Below, in pieces: positions 1 to 13,158 of a stretch of DNA of 64,000 nucleotides. Every line of letters starts with the position of its first letter. The stretch's first letter is position 1. Origin of the DNA: Eledone cirrhosa (Eukaryota); contig OZ024744.1 in assembly GCA_964016885.1 (NCBI GenBank), positions 48,794,001-48,858,000 of the forward strand, given 5' to 3'. The translations under genes were made by a program, and so were the position numbers. Under the pieces are notes generated by a model that was not told the origin of the DNA, did not search any database, and saw nothing but the letters and a program-made list of their open reading frames with translations.

Positions 1-190
1 TGATGATGATGATGATATATAAACTTTGGATGAAAGCTAGAAATGTTTACAAGGCAAAATCACATTAAGTTCTCAGTCAAATTTCTATCTCGTTATTATT
101 ATATATATGTATGCTTCTCTTTCTCTTAATTTCTAGTACATTTTTGACTGCCCACATTCCTGGTGGCAAGGTTGTAAAAAAAAAAAATTG

Positions 191-1040
191 TCACAAGAAT
201 GTTTTGCAAATTTTGAAGGTGCCATCTATCACAGCCATTTGTAGTCTATGAATTAGGGAACTGCGTTCTTTGTCCACAAATCTAAGTTTAGTTATACTTT
301 GGTCCAAGTGGGTTGGTATATAACCCGTAGCTCCAATAATGATTGGTATGAAGCTGAAGGTGTATCTTGGATACTGAATCTACAAACTCCTCATCAATGG
401 TCCGTAGATATCTCCTTCTCATGTATTTTTCTTACAACGTTGACATCAAGTAGGCAGCTGATCTCTACAACAGAGCATGTTTTCAATGTGTGGTCCCAAA
501 CAACAATATCAGGCCGGTTGTGCTTTAATTTGGTGGCAGTTTTTATTTTCAGGTTCCATCAGTATTCCTTAGTGCCATCTGTCTCAATATATTCCTCCTC
601 ATTTATTTTTAATCTTGTTTTCCTAAGTGCATTCCAGATGGTTCTAGCTATCCCATCGTGTCTCATGTGGAGGTAGTAACGAGACAACATTCTTTCACAG
701 TTGGCAACAATGTGGCTAACATCTTCGATCTTTGTTTTACATAGCCTACATTCATTGTCAACTGGTGGCCCTCCTTTTGTGTAGCAGATATTTGTTAGGG
801 ATTTCTTGTTCCTGTATTACATAGAGATATCCTTAAAGGTGGGACGTCATAAACATGTCGGAACTCCATGCCAGGCTTTTTTAATGATTTATCCCCTCTA
901 TGGTCTGTGTTTTTTGTCTCAAGTACTCATGTGCAAATTTCTCTGTAAATTAGTCCCTTTTTTTTTATCTTGTTCAAGCATTGAATAGGATCTTCCAATG
1001 TTCCTGGGAGAAAGATTTATATCAGGCCTTATTCCATATC
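191..1040 (-). mobile_element. R4/Dong-clade non-LTR retrotransposon, decayed 3' fragment (CCHC knuckle plus restriction-like endonuclease)
   Basis: Manual minus-strand translation gives GYLYVIQEQEIPNKYLL, then CRLCKTKIEDVSHIVANC (CCHC), RHDGIARTIW, KHNRPDIVVWD and ...GTFKICKTFL* (TGA at 191-193). Stops and frameshifts are present. This motif order is typical of RLE-type LINEs. Confidence 0.8.
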
Positions 1041-1061
1041 TCTCCTCCAGATCAGTGGCTA

Positions 1062-1168
1062 TCCCGCCGAGGTTAACTTTGCCTTTCATCCTTATGGGGT
1101 CGATAAAATAAAGTACCAGTAATCTACTGGTTAATTGCTGGCCTTGTGCCAAAAGTAGAAACAATTAT
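1062..1168 (+). mobile_element. tRNA-derived SINE, family M (Meta-domain-like), 5'-truncated
   Basis: CCCGCCGAGGTTAACTTTGCCTTTCATCCTTATGGGGTCGATAAAATAAAGTACCAG...GGCCTTGTGCCAAAAGTAGAAACAATTA. The same sequence recurs at about 2878, 25477, 44260, 45521, 49885, 50785, 50970 and 53465. Confidence 0.8.
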
Positions 1169-1694
1169 TTCCTTCTTGTTCATAGACCTGGGCAAGATGA
1201 TTGCTGACCTTTTTCTTCTATTGAAGATGTTGCTTCAGTGTTACGAACATTCAGTGTATGCATGCATGTATGTATGTATGTATTTATATACTCATTAATG
1301 TTCTATCTAATCAAGATTTGATAAATAACTATTTTAGAACTGGGTGTAGTTTTGTAAATATCCCATCAAAACAAAGTGAAATCTGTTTTTGTAGAAAGAT
1401 GATATCCCTGTGTATGTTGTCCAGTATTGAAAAACTACAGTCAGGTATATATTGTTAAATAATGGAACAATATGACAAGGTGAAGTAGTTATTTAATCCA
1501 TTGTTTTACAATTGTTTTAGAGAGCAAAATCATCAATGTGCAGAATAATGGATGGCTGTTATACAACTACTGAGCAATAGCTAGGAAGAAGCACATTCAT
1601 TATGCTGTCTATCCTGAGAAACAATGCACACACATATGTATATACATATATACATAAGTATATTTACATATATAAACACAGACATAGGTGTGTA

Positions 1695-2035
1695 ATTAAG
1701 TATTTGCTTTGCCACCATGTAGTTCTGGATTCAGTCTCACTTTGTGACACTTTGGACAAGTGTCTTCCACTATAATCTGAAGTTGACAAATACTTTCAGT
1801 GGAATTTGGTATAGAGAAACTGAAGAATCTCAATATGTGTATGTTTGTATGTGTGTGCATGTGTGTATGTGTGTATGTGTGCATGTGTGTGTGTCCATTC
1901 TGTGTTTATATTCTGCAACTCAACAGTTCTACAAAGAAATTGATTGATAAAATAAGTACTGAGATTGATATGATCAACCGAATCAATGTAGTGCCCTAGC
2001 ATGGCCATAATCTGGTGACTGAAATCAATAAAATA
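1695..2035 (+). mobile_element. Old tRNA-derived CORE-type SINE, degraded
   Basis: B-box-like GGATTCAGTC followed by the CORE-like GACACTTTGGACAAGTGTCTTC. Similar degraded copies lie at about 3010-3260 (-) and 11235-11490 (+). Confidence 0.5.
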
Positions 2036-2070
2036 ACATATATGCATGCACACATGTATATATATATATA

Positions 2071-2813
2071 CACATAAGAGGTGTAGTGGGATAGCAGGCA
2101 AACTAACAGCAAAGAAAAACTTTGTATGTAGCAGATGTTCAGGGAAAATTGATAGAAGTGTCAGTGATCCACACATTTTTCAAATGCAGGTAGGATCTAT
2201 AGAGGTGGTTCATAGCTTCCATTATCTAGGTGATGAAATTAGCAAGGGAGTAGGTTGCTCTGAAGCCATAGTATTTAGAATAAGGACAGGATGGAACAAG
2301 TTTAAGGAGCTGCTTCTTCTGTTGACAAAGAAGGGTTTCTCTCTATGAACGAAAGGCCGGTTATATGATGTATGTGTGAGGTGTGTGATGTTGCATGGTA
2401 GTGAGACATGGGCAGCAACCGCAGAGGATATGTGAAGGCTGAAGAGAAATGAAGCAAGCATGCTCCTATGGATGTGCAATGTCAATGTCTGTGAATGACC
2501 CAGCATAGATGAGTGTGTATAAGAGGGATAAGTTGTAGTGTACAGGAGAGAAGACTGAGATGGCATGAACATGTGATGTGCATGGAAGATGACCACTGGG
2601 TGAAGAAATGCCAAGAAATCCCAGTAGAAGGAAGGCATAGTAGAGGAAGACAATGAAAAACATGGATGGACGTGGGAGAGCAGACCTCAGATCGCTGAAA
2701 CTCACGGTGGAGATGATGAAGGACCGTGACAAGTGGAGAGATGCTGTGCTGAATAGGACCCGTCCCACCCTTGCAAGCAGGGAAAAGCAGATGTAAAATG
2801 ATGATGGTGGTGA
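2071..2813 (+). mobile_element. RTE-clade LINE subfamily B, 5'-truncated and decayed
   Basis: Encodes HKRCSG...CSRC, FHYLG, GWNKFKELL and MLHGSETW with stops. The 3' end CCCACCCTTGCAAGCAGGGAAAAGCAGATGTAAAATGATGATG is shared with the copy at 32918-33725. Confidence 0.85.
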
Positions 2814-3665
2814 TATATATATATATACATATTTATATATATATGTGTGTGTGTGTGTGTATGTATATGTGTGTGTCAGAGGTTAACTTTGCCTTTCATC
2901 CTTACGGGGTCGATAAAATAAAGTAACAGTAATACACTGGTGTAATAGCTGGCCTTGTGCCAAAAGTAGAAACAATTATTATTTGTATCTCTATTGTTTT
3001 CAATGAAGAGTATTTTAGTTGTTCATGAAATTAACATGCAAGTGGCTAAGCATTTCTGTGACACATGCATCCTTAATATAGTGCACAGGGTAAATCAGCA
3101 TGACACAGTGTGTAGTGTGTGAGAAGGTTGGCTCCTTGAATTGCATATACAATGCATTTTTGCCAGCTGGGTGGTCTAAACAACATGAAATAAAGTGTTT
3201 TGCCAAAGGATACACTACACTGATTGTTCCGGGAATCGAACCCATGACCTTATGATTGCCATGACCTTATATATATACATACATATGTGTGTGTGTATAG
3301 TGTGTATATATAGATATATATATATAGATAGATAGGTACCTTTCTTTAGATAGATAGACAGACAGACAGATACCTAGAAAGATAGATAGATAAATAGATA
3401 AATAGATAGATAGATAGATAGATATCCAAAGCAGGTTTTTAACTACATCACAAACACATTATTACACGAATGAGTAGAGTTAAGCTATGTTTCGTAAAGG
3501 GGCCCCTCCCTCATGTGACATGGTTCACTACATCATAAAGCCATTTCTCTCTAGCCAGGCATAACATTTCTGCTGCATAACAACGCCACCCACCATTAAC
3601 ATCATCATCATAATTATCATCACCATCATCGTCATTTTTATCATCATGGTTATTATTATTAGTGT

Positions 3666-3709
<44 letters not shown>

Positions 3710-4104
3710 TATTTATTTAACTGCTGGTGCCTTGATGATAAAAATAAGATGCACCCAGTACACTCTGTAAAGTGGTAGTGATGTGCCAGCGTCATGATAA
3801 AATGCACCCTGTCCACTCTGTAAAGTAGTAGTATAGTGCTTGTGCCAGGATGCTAAAATGCATCCAGAACATTCTGTAAAACATTTGGTACTAAGAAGGG
3901 CATCCAACATAGTGTAGACCAACCCAAGGAAGTGGGGAAAGTACACTTGGAGACAGGGAATGGTGGAATTGAGCCACTGATATTTCATATTTTCACAATG
4001 CTCTATAAATTAACCAAAGTTTACACATGCACACATACACACACATACACACACATATATATGCATGTATATATGTATATTTGATATATATACACACACA
4101 CATA

Positions 4105-4305
<201 letters not shown>

Positions 4306-4336
4306 TGTGTATGTATATATATATATATATTATATA

Positions 4337-4385
<49 letters not shown>

Positions 4386-4403
4386 TGTGTATGTATATAT
4401 ATA

Positions 4404-4465
<62 letters not shown>

Positions 4466-4751
4466 CACAGACATACAAGGAGGCTGGGGTATTTAACTAC
4501 ATTACAAATACACTTAATCATGGCTGAATAGATTTTAGCAATGCTCGGAACTTTCTCCACCCCTCTAAGTGATAAGGTTCATTGAGCATTAAGCCCATTT
4601 TCTGTCTAGCCAGGCATAAAATCGCCCAAGCGTAACGACACCAACAACAACATCAGCACCAACATCATCAATATTATTATTATCATTATTTATTTTTTTA
4701 CTATGCTTCATATGGTAAATATGTATGTACATACAAGTGTATATGTGTGCG

Positions 4752-4782
<31 letters not shown>

Positions 4783-4801
4783 ACACATATAGTGAGAGAG
4801 A

Positions 4802-4834
<33 letters not shown>

Positions 4835-4939
4835 CAAATTTTCCAGCAGCCAAGCATAATGACACCAACATCACCACTATCATCATCACCACCACCACCA
4901 TCATCATCATTGATAATATAATAATAATATTAATAATAT

Positions 4940-5062
4940 CAAGATTTTCGGCACAGCACCCTGTATCGAAGATGGCTGGCTTTAATCATTCCCTCCATCT
5001 TTTCGTTAATACAATTTCGAATGATGAACAAGGAACATAGTGGATCATTTTGCAATCATAAT

Positions 5063-5144
<82 letters not shown>

Positions 5145-5288
5145 TATAAATATATATACAGAGTGTCTCCCAAAAATGTATACACACTTCAACAGCATTC
5201 TAATCAAAGTGTGTGTACATTTTTTGGGGGACACCCTGTATATATATATATATACAAATGTGTGTGTATACATACATACATACGTGTA

Positions 5289-5371
<83 letters not shown>

Positions 5372-5652
5372 GGAGAGAGAGAGAGACAGACAGACATGCG
5401 TACACATATTATAATTATCAACATTTCGACCAGTCAAGCATAACATCAACAACAACAACATTAGCTCCAAACATCAACCATCAGTATCCATATTATTATC
5501 ATTGTTGTTGTTGTTATTATTATCGTCATCAAGATTTCGAGCACTCTGCCCTGTATCGAAGATGGCTGGCTTTAATCATTCCCTCCATCTTTTCGCTAAT
5601 ATAATTTCGAAAGATGAACGAGGAACATAGCGGATCATTTTGCGATCATAAT
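4940..5652. repeat. Pair of ~125-bp direct repeats (4940-5062 and 5528-5652)
   Basis: CAAGATTT...CCCTGTATCGAAGATGGCTGGCTTTAATCATTCCCTCCATCTTTTCG...GGATCATTTTGC.ATCATAATTA occurs twice, separated by microsatellites and a MITE. Confidence 0.85.
5159..5238. mobile_element. 80-bp Tc1/mariner-type MITE
   Basis: TA|CAGAGTGTCTCCCAAAAATGTATACACACTT ... AAGTGTGTGTACATTTTTTTGGGGGACACCCTG|TA. It has ~30-bp terminal inverted repeats flanked by TA. Confidence 0.75.
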
Positions 5653-5694
5653 TAGATTTTTTTTTTTAGTAGAAGGAGCATTTCTTGTGAGTCC

Positions 5695-7290
5695 TGGTGT
5701 TGTATTCGCTGGTGGTGTATAGTGGGGTGTTGTGTTGAGTGGTGGTGGTGGTGGTGGTGGTGGTTTGGTGTTTGTTGGTGGCGTGTGATAGTGGTATGTG
5801 GGCTGTTGTGTTGTGTGGGGTGGGGTGTTCTATGGTGTGTGTGTGTGGTGGTGGTGGTGGTGGTTATGGTACTGGGTGTGGTGGTATTGGTGGTGGTTGG
5901 TGGCGGTGGTGGTGGTTGGTGGCGGTGGTGGTGGTGGTGGTGGTGGTTATGGCAGTGGGTGTGTTGGTATTGGTGGTGGTGGTGGTGGTGGTAGCGGTGG
6001 TGGTGGCGGTGGTGATGGTGGTGGTGGTGGTAGGGGTGGGGTGGAGGTTATGGTAGTGGGTGTGGTGGTATTGGTGGTGGTGGTGGTTATGGTAGTGGGT
6101 GTGGTGGCATTGGTGGTGGTGGTGGTGGTATTGGTGGTGGTGGTTATGGTAGTGGGTGTGGTGGTATTGGTGGTGGTGGTGGCGGTGGTGGTGGTTATGG
6201 TAGTGGGTGTGGTGGTATTGGTGGTGGTGGTGGTAGTGGTGGTGGTGGTGGTGGTTATGGTAGTGGGTATGGTGGTATTGGTGGTGGTGGTGGTTGTGGT
6301 GGGATTGATAGCAGTGATCTGAGATGGTAGTGTTTGTTGTTGTTGTTGATGGTGGTATTGTGTATGTGTTTGGTGTGGTGGTGGTAGTAGTGTGATGGAG
6401 GTGTAGTGTTGCATGGTAGTGGTATGGTGTGTGTTTGGCATGGAGGGAGGGCAGTCTAGTCAAAATGTAATGAGATGGTTCAGTGAGTGTGTGTGTGCAT
6501 GTTAGTGTGTGTGTGTGAGTATTATTGTCCATCTTTGGTTAGGTGGTAGTAGTGGTGAAGCTAGTAGTGGTGGGGTGAGGCTGTGTTGTATTGGTGGTTG
6601 TGGTGGTGTTGTGATAGTGGTGTGTGGTGTGTATTGTGGTGGTGGTGTGTGATAGTAGTGTGTGGAGTGTTGTAGTGGTGGTGTTGTGTGGAGTGTTGTG
6701 GTGGTGGGGCGATGTTGTGGTGTTGTGGTTGTATTAGCAGTGGGGTTGGGCAGTGATGGTGCTGGTGATGGTGGTGGTGTTGTGGTGATGGTGGTGGTGT
6801 TGTGGTTGTATTAACAGTGGGGTGGGGCAGTGATGGTGCTGGTGATGGTGGTGGTGTTCTGGTGGTGGTGGTGGTGGTGGTGGTGGTGGTGTGGTTGTAT
6901 TAGCAGTGGGGGTGGGGAAGTGATGGTGCTGGTGATGTAGGTGATGTTCTGGTGGTGGTGGTGGTGTTGTGGTTGTATTAGCAGTGGGGTTGAGCAGTGA
7001 TGGTGATGGGGGTGGTGTTGTTGTGGTGGTGGTGGTGTTGTGATGGTGGTAGTGGTGGTGGTGTGGTTGTATTAGCAGTGGGGTTGAGCAGTGATGGTGA
7101 TGGGGGTGGTGTTGTTGTGGTGGTGGTGGTGGTGGTGTTGGTGGTGGTAGTGGTGGTGGTGTGGTTGTATTAGCAGTGGGGTGGGGGAGTGATGGTGTTG
7201 GTGATGGTGGTAGTGGTTTCATGATAGTGTTGGTGGTGGGGAGTCATGATGGTTGGAATGATGGTGGTGGTGGTGGTGATGGTGTGTATG
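5695..7290. repeat. (GGT)n-based low-complexity tract with higher-order units
   Basis: Degenerate GGT triplets with recurring units GGTTATGGTAGTGGGTGTGGTGGTATT (5860-6290) and GGTTGTATTAGCAGTGGGG (6730-7190). Confidence 0.9.
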
Positions 7291-7785
7291 TTTTCTCTTT
7301 CTGCTGTGGTGTGTGTGTGTGTGTGCCCTGGGTGGTGTAGAGATGGTGCTGTGGTGTTTGTGATATTCTATGATCCTTGCTGCTGTTATGGAGGTGAAGG
7401 GAGTGTGATGGAGTAACTGTCCCCTCTCTCTTACTCTCCTGCTGTTATGGGGTGGTGAGATCCCTGCCGTTGTGCATAGTGGAGAGGTGTGTTGGAGGGG
7501 GTTTTCTGTCCCCCACCACCACCGCCTCTCTACCTTTGTGATGGTGTGGGAGGCTGGGTTAGGTGGTCAGAATATGTTGGGTTCTGGTGTGGTGGAGTGC
7601 AGTGGTGTTGTGTGTTTGTCTATATGTGCTTTCTCTCACTCTCTCCCACTCTCCCTCACTCTCTTGCTCTCTCATTCAGTTGTGCTGTTGTTATAATGTC
7701 CAACATAAACATATTAGCTTGATTAAATGCTCAATAAATATGGCAATATATATATATGACATATACATATATATATAGATATACA

Positions 7786-7830
<45 letters not shown>

Positions 7831-7833
<3 letters not shown>

Positions 7834-8051
7834 ACCGAGTAGGACCCCGATGGCTGAGCTCAAGCCGTTTCGATGGCTAATTCCAGAATTAGCCATCGAA
7901 ACGGCTTGAGCTCAGCCGGCGGGGTCCTACTCGTTCCTATTACCCACTCTACTACCCTAAGTATTGAGTACTTTGGTGCGTTATGGTCCACCTGGTTCCT
8001 TACCACATTTCCTTCGTTATATATATATATATATATATAAATATATATATG

Positions 8052-8124
<73 letters not shown>

Positions 8125-8345
8125 TCATCATCACCATTTTACGTCCGTTCTTCCATGCTAGCATGGATTAGACGAAATATATTTATATATATATATATAT
8201 ATATATAAAACGAAGGAGGTGTGGTAAGAACCAGATGGACCATAACACACCAGAGTACTCAATAATTAGGGTAGTAGAGTGGGTAATAGGAACGAGTAGG
8301 ACCCCGACGGCAGAACTCAACGGCTTGAGTTCTGCCGTCGGGGTC
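7831..8345. repeat. Nested fold-back inverted repeats containing hammerhead 3' halves (Penelope pLTR-like)
   Basis: There is a palindrome at 7831-7938 centred on TAATTCCAGAATTA. Segment 7910-8018 is inverted at 8208-8320, and a second hairpin lies at 8299-8345. The family motif GAAA-CGGCT-TGAGCTC-AGCCG-TC is intact in the copy at 17459-17506. Another copy lies at 30600-30730. Confidence 0.7.
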
Positions 8346-8354
8346 AAACAGTTT

Positions 8355-8389
<35 letters not shown>

Positions 8390-8460
8390 GGGAGCTTCCA
8401 ACAGTAATGGTTGCATTCTTTAAGCTTACATCAATATTTATTTATAAAACTGCTCTATAT

Positions 8461-8530
8461 TATATTTTATCTGATGAAAGCACACCATAATTTAACTTGG
8501 TGTCCTTGAAATATGTATAATGAAATAAAT
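8461..8530 (+). ncRNA. Type I hammerhead ribozyme motif
   Basis: TATTTTAT-CTGATGA(8471-8477)-AAGCACACCA...TGGTGTCCTT-GAAA-TATGTA-TA^ATGAAATA. Stems I and II pair, and stem III is a short near-palindrome. Confidence 0.75.
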
Positions 8531-8654
8531 ATGGTTTTATAAATATAATTTCCATTTGTTAATATCGTATTTTTACTCCAATTATTTGTTGAGTGCTTTA
8601 TATCAGTTATAAAAATATTTGCTTGTTGTATCCCAACAATTTAAATAGAACTTT

Positions 8655-8690
<36 letters not shown>

Positions 8691-9038
8691 TATAGTCGTA
8701 TAATCATCATCATCATTTTTACAGTAACCATGTGTTGGACTGGACATTTTGAGGTAATAATTTACAGTCAGATGCCCTTCCTGACACCAACTCTTTTAGA
8801 CGCTTCTTACAACACACAGGGATATATATTCTATCTAACACACACACACACGCGCACACACATACACACACACACACAGAGAGATACACATATACACAGT
8901 GTTTCTGTCTATCTTGTTTTTCATTTTCACATCTTCTCTATCAATGCTTACTACCTCTGTATGGATGTTAAATTGATTAAATGAATAAATATATACACGC
9001 ATGTGTGTGTGTATATATATATGTATATATATACACAC

Positions 9039-9083
<45 letters not shown>

Positions 9084-9086
9084 AAT

Positions 9087-9152
<66 letters not shown>

Positions 9153-9430
9153 TACTCTATTACACTACTGCGTGTCCCAGTATATATGCATAATATACTT
9201 ATATACTTATATAAACACATGCATATATATATATGTCTGTGAGTGTGTATATGTGTGTGTGCATTGCATGAGTCAAATGTCAAGACCATTATATTATTCT
9301 GAAACTCCTTTTAAACTAATTAATAGAATTAAATGGTCTATTAAAAGTGTTATACACACCTCCTTTGCATATATATATAAATATATATATATACATATGT
9401 GTGTATTATATATATATATGTTTGTGTGTT

Positions 9431-9474
<44 letters not shown>

Positions 9475-9508
9475 GTGTGTATTATATATATATATGTATG
9501 TGTGTTTA

Positions 9509-9950
9509 TTATCATCATCATCATCATCATCATCAACGTTTAACGTCCGTGTTCCACGCTTGCATGGGTTTGGACGGGGGTAGTCCCACTTGAGGCAAGA
9601 GTGATTGTCTTGCTCGCATAGGACTGTCTGGCAGGTTTTCTACAGTTGGATGCCCTTCCTAACACCAACCACATTTACAGTGTGGGTCTGGGAGGTTTTT
9701 ACCGTGTTGCCTACACGGCCACATTACAGCGTGGACTGTGTGTTTTTTTGTCGTGACACCTACACGATCTCATTTGTTTCGGCCTCGATGGCGCGGCACC
9801 AACATAACTTTACATAGAACGGGGTGGTGTGGATCGGGTGGGGGTGGTGGTGGTGGGACGGGGTGTATTTTGTTAGAGATGCCTACTGGCTGGAGTAGGT
9901 TTTACTATATATTTAGGTAAGGCGGGTCTTCTCTGTTACTGAGTACCGCC
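9509..9950 (-). mobile_element. RTE subfamily A 3' end (3' UTR plus (GAT)n tail)
   Basis: Near-identical to 19966-20400 and the reverse complement of 14625-15033. Confidence 0.9.
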
Positions 9951-9973
9951 AATATATATACATATGTGTGTAT

Positions 9974-10050
<77 letters not shown>

Positions 10051-10120
10051 GTGTGTATTATATATATATATGTATGTGTGTTTATTATATATATATATAT
10101 ATATATACATATGTGTGTAT

Positions 10121-10153
<33 letters not shown>

Positions 10154-10166
10154 ATTATATATATAC

Positions 10167-10215
<49 letters not shown>

Positions 10216-10291
10216 TATATAATATACACATACATATATATACATATATATATATATGTTTGTGTGTGTATTATATATATATATATATACA

Positions 10292-10345
<54 letters not shown>

Positions 10346-10408
10346 CATATATATATATAATATATACATACATATATATATACATATATATGTGTGTGTG
10401 TGTGTGTA

Positions 10409-10845
10409 TGAGGTGTGTCAGAGAAGAAAGAGGACTGGGGTTGCATCAAAAATAATCCAGATCCAAACTATAAGTTTTCCCTTTGAAATAATCCCCCTCA
10501 TGTCTAACGTACTTTTCCATCCTTCTCCACCATGCCTCAATGCACTCCTGGAAGAAATGTACTGGGATTCTCTGCAGCTCATTTGTGACGGACCACTTGA
10601 TGGCTTCTATGCCCAGAAAACTTGTCCCCTGATGACCCTTGTAAACTTGGAGAAAAGGAAAATGTCTAGTTCGCTTTCATGATGCTTCATGATGTCCTGA
10701 CACATGTATATGTGCTGCTCCTTCTGGTCATCATTCAACAGGTTTGGTACCATCTTTGTGCAGATCTTCTGCATACCCAAATCTTTGGTGTTAATCTTCC
10801 ATGTCCCTACATCCTTCTTTGAAACTGTTTGTGCCACTTGTAAAC

Positions 10846-10887
<42 letters not shown>

Positions 10888-10922
10888 TCCCACCCTTGCA
10901 AGCAGGAATAAGCGGACGTAAA

Positions 10923-10957
<35 letters not shown>

Positions 10958-11158
10958 ATATATATATATGTATTCTTGCTGCAGTATTCCAAGTGTTTTA
11001 GATGAAGTTTACCCCAGCCAGACCAGAAACTTCAGGATGGTTCATTGCCATCACTCAATGGACTAACATTGAGGCACTGGTAATGCAACCCACTAATCCC
11101 TACCCCACTCATAGCTCACACAGCACAATAAGTCCTGTTACTTTTCTGACACATCTCG
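10409..11158 (-). mobile_element. Internally deleted mariner DNA transposon
   Basis: TIRs TA|TGAGGTGTGTCAGAGAAGAAAGAGGACT and AGTCCTGTTACTTTTCTGACACATCTCG|TA. Minus-strand transposase remnants include KDLGMQKICTKMVPNLLNDDQKEQ (WVPREL-like region) and DIFLFSK...[24 protein letters not shown] (TA)n tract and an RTE tail interrupt it at about 10848-10970. Confidence 0.85.
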
Positions 11159-11518
11159 TATATATTTATAAAACTGTATATATACGTGTGTGTGTAGGTG
11201 TGTGTGTGTGAAAGAGAGATATATAAGTAAACACAGTATGGTTGAATGTTTAAGATGTTCACTTTGCACTTATTAGGTCCTGGGTTCAATCCCATTGTGT
11301 GACATCTTGAACAAGTGTCAATTCTTGTCAGCAAGAATGTTTAAAAGGCCATTGGATGGAGAGTGAAAGACTCTACCTTGTCATACACTTTAGTATGCTG
11401 ACTCTCCCTGAGAATTAAGTTAAGGGGAAGCATGTTTGTGGAGTGCACATTAATTTCACATGCAGGTTGTTCCATTGATTGAACAAAAGGATCATATATA
11501 TATGTATATGTATATATA

Positions 11519-12908
11519 TCATCATCATCATCATCGTTTAACATCCATCTTCCATGCTAGCATGGGTTAGACGGGTTTGTCCCATTCGAGGCAAGTTTAG
11601 TCGAGTGACTGTGTCTTGCTCATATATAACTGTTTCTGGGGTGCTTTTTGCCGTGTCTCCTACACGACAACTTTATAGTGTGTGTTGGATGTTTTGTGGT
11701 AACAACATAATATTATTTTATAGAGTAAAGGTGTTGTGGGCGGAAGTGGAAGGGAGGTGTAGGGTGTATATTGGATTAAGAGGTGCCTACTGGGTGTAAG
11801 TTTAAGTCCATACGCAAGGGAAGGCAGGTCTTCTGTATTACTGCATAATGCCAAAGATCCTGTGTCATTGTCTTAGAGAGGTTCAAGTGTGTAAGATCAG
11901 CTTTTATCACCTCGTCCAGGTCTTTCTGGGTCTACCTACTCCGCAGCTTCCATCAATTTTGATTGCCCTGCACTTTTTTATACAGCCTTCATCCTTCATA
12001 TGCATCACACGACCATACCAACACAATATCTTCTCTAGTAAACTGCATCTGATCCCTCGTATGCCTAATTTCTCACTTAGTTCGTTTACGCTTTCCCGTT
12101 CGTGTATATTACTATTACACATCTATTGAAGCAAGCATGCTTCATTCCTTTCCAATCTGTGCAGATACTCTGCACACAATGCCCAGGTCTCACTACCATG
12201 TAACATTACTGTTCATATACAAGCAACATACAATCTGCCTTTCATTTTTAGAGAGAAACCTTTTGTGGCCAACAGCGGTATTAGCTCTCTGAACTTTTTC
12301 CATCCCATTCTTACTCTGGCTACTGTACTTTTAGAATATCCTCCTCTACTGCTGATTTTATTACCCAGGTAATGGAAATTGTCTATCATTTCTCTAGAAC
12401 CATCCAGGCAGTTGAAAGAGATAGTATCCAGTGGGCACTTGCTACTTACTGCACCTGAGCATCGGCCACATATAAAACCTACATTCTTAGATAGCTTGCC
12501 TGTGATCCTACTACATCTTTTATGTACCCATAGTTTGCATTAGGGGCATAGAATGGAATTTCTATACTACTTTCCTACATACTGAGCAAGGCCATTTCCC
12601 AGAGGGAAGCTGTGCCCTATTTTCCTTTCTACATACTAGAACTTTAGTCTTAGACAAGATAAATTTAAGGCCTTTTGATTCTAGGCCAAGCTTCCAGTTT
12701 TGGAATTTCTTCTCTAGTTCAGCCATAGATTCAACTATGAGAGTTAGATCATCTGCATATAGAAGTTCCCATGGGCAGCCGGTCTTAAATTCTTCTGTTA
12801 AAGCCTGTAAGGTAATAATAAATAGGAGGGAGCTAAAGACAGAGCCTTGGTGAACACCTACTTTTATTCCTCACTATATTCATTATTAATTCTAGCCTTG
12901 CTGACTGT
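11519..12908 (-). mobile_element. RTE LINE (A-like), older decayed 5'-truncated copy
   Basis: Minus-strand GVHQGSVLSSLLF, WELLYADD, PHD-like Cys cluster, LHGSETW, GVGRPRKTW, then the 3' UTR and a (GAT)n tail. Stops are present. Confidence 0.85.
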
Positions 12909-13158
12909 TCTTCTATACACACACACATATATATATATCATCATCATCGTTTAGCGTCCATCTTCCACGCTAGCATGGGTTGGATGGTTTTGTCCCACTT
13001 CAGGCAAAATTGGTCAGGTGACCGTGTCTCGCTCGTACAGATGTCTCTGGCAGGTTTTCTATGGCTGGATGCCCTTCCTAAACCAACCACATTACAGTGT
13101 GAATATATATGTATATATACATATATGTATATGTGTATATATTTATATGTGTATATAT

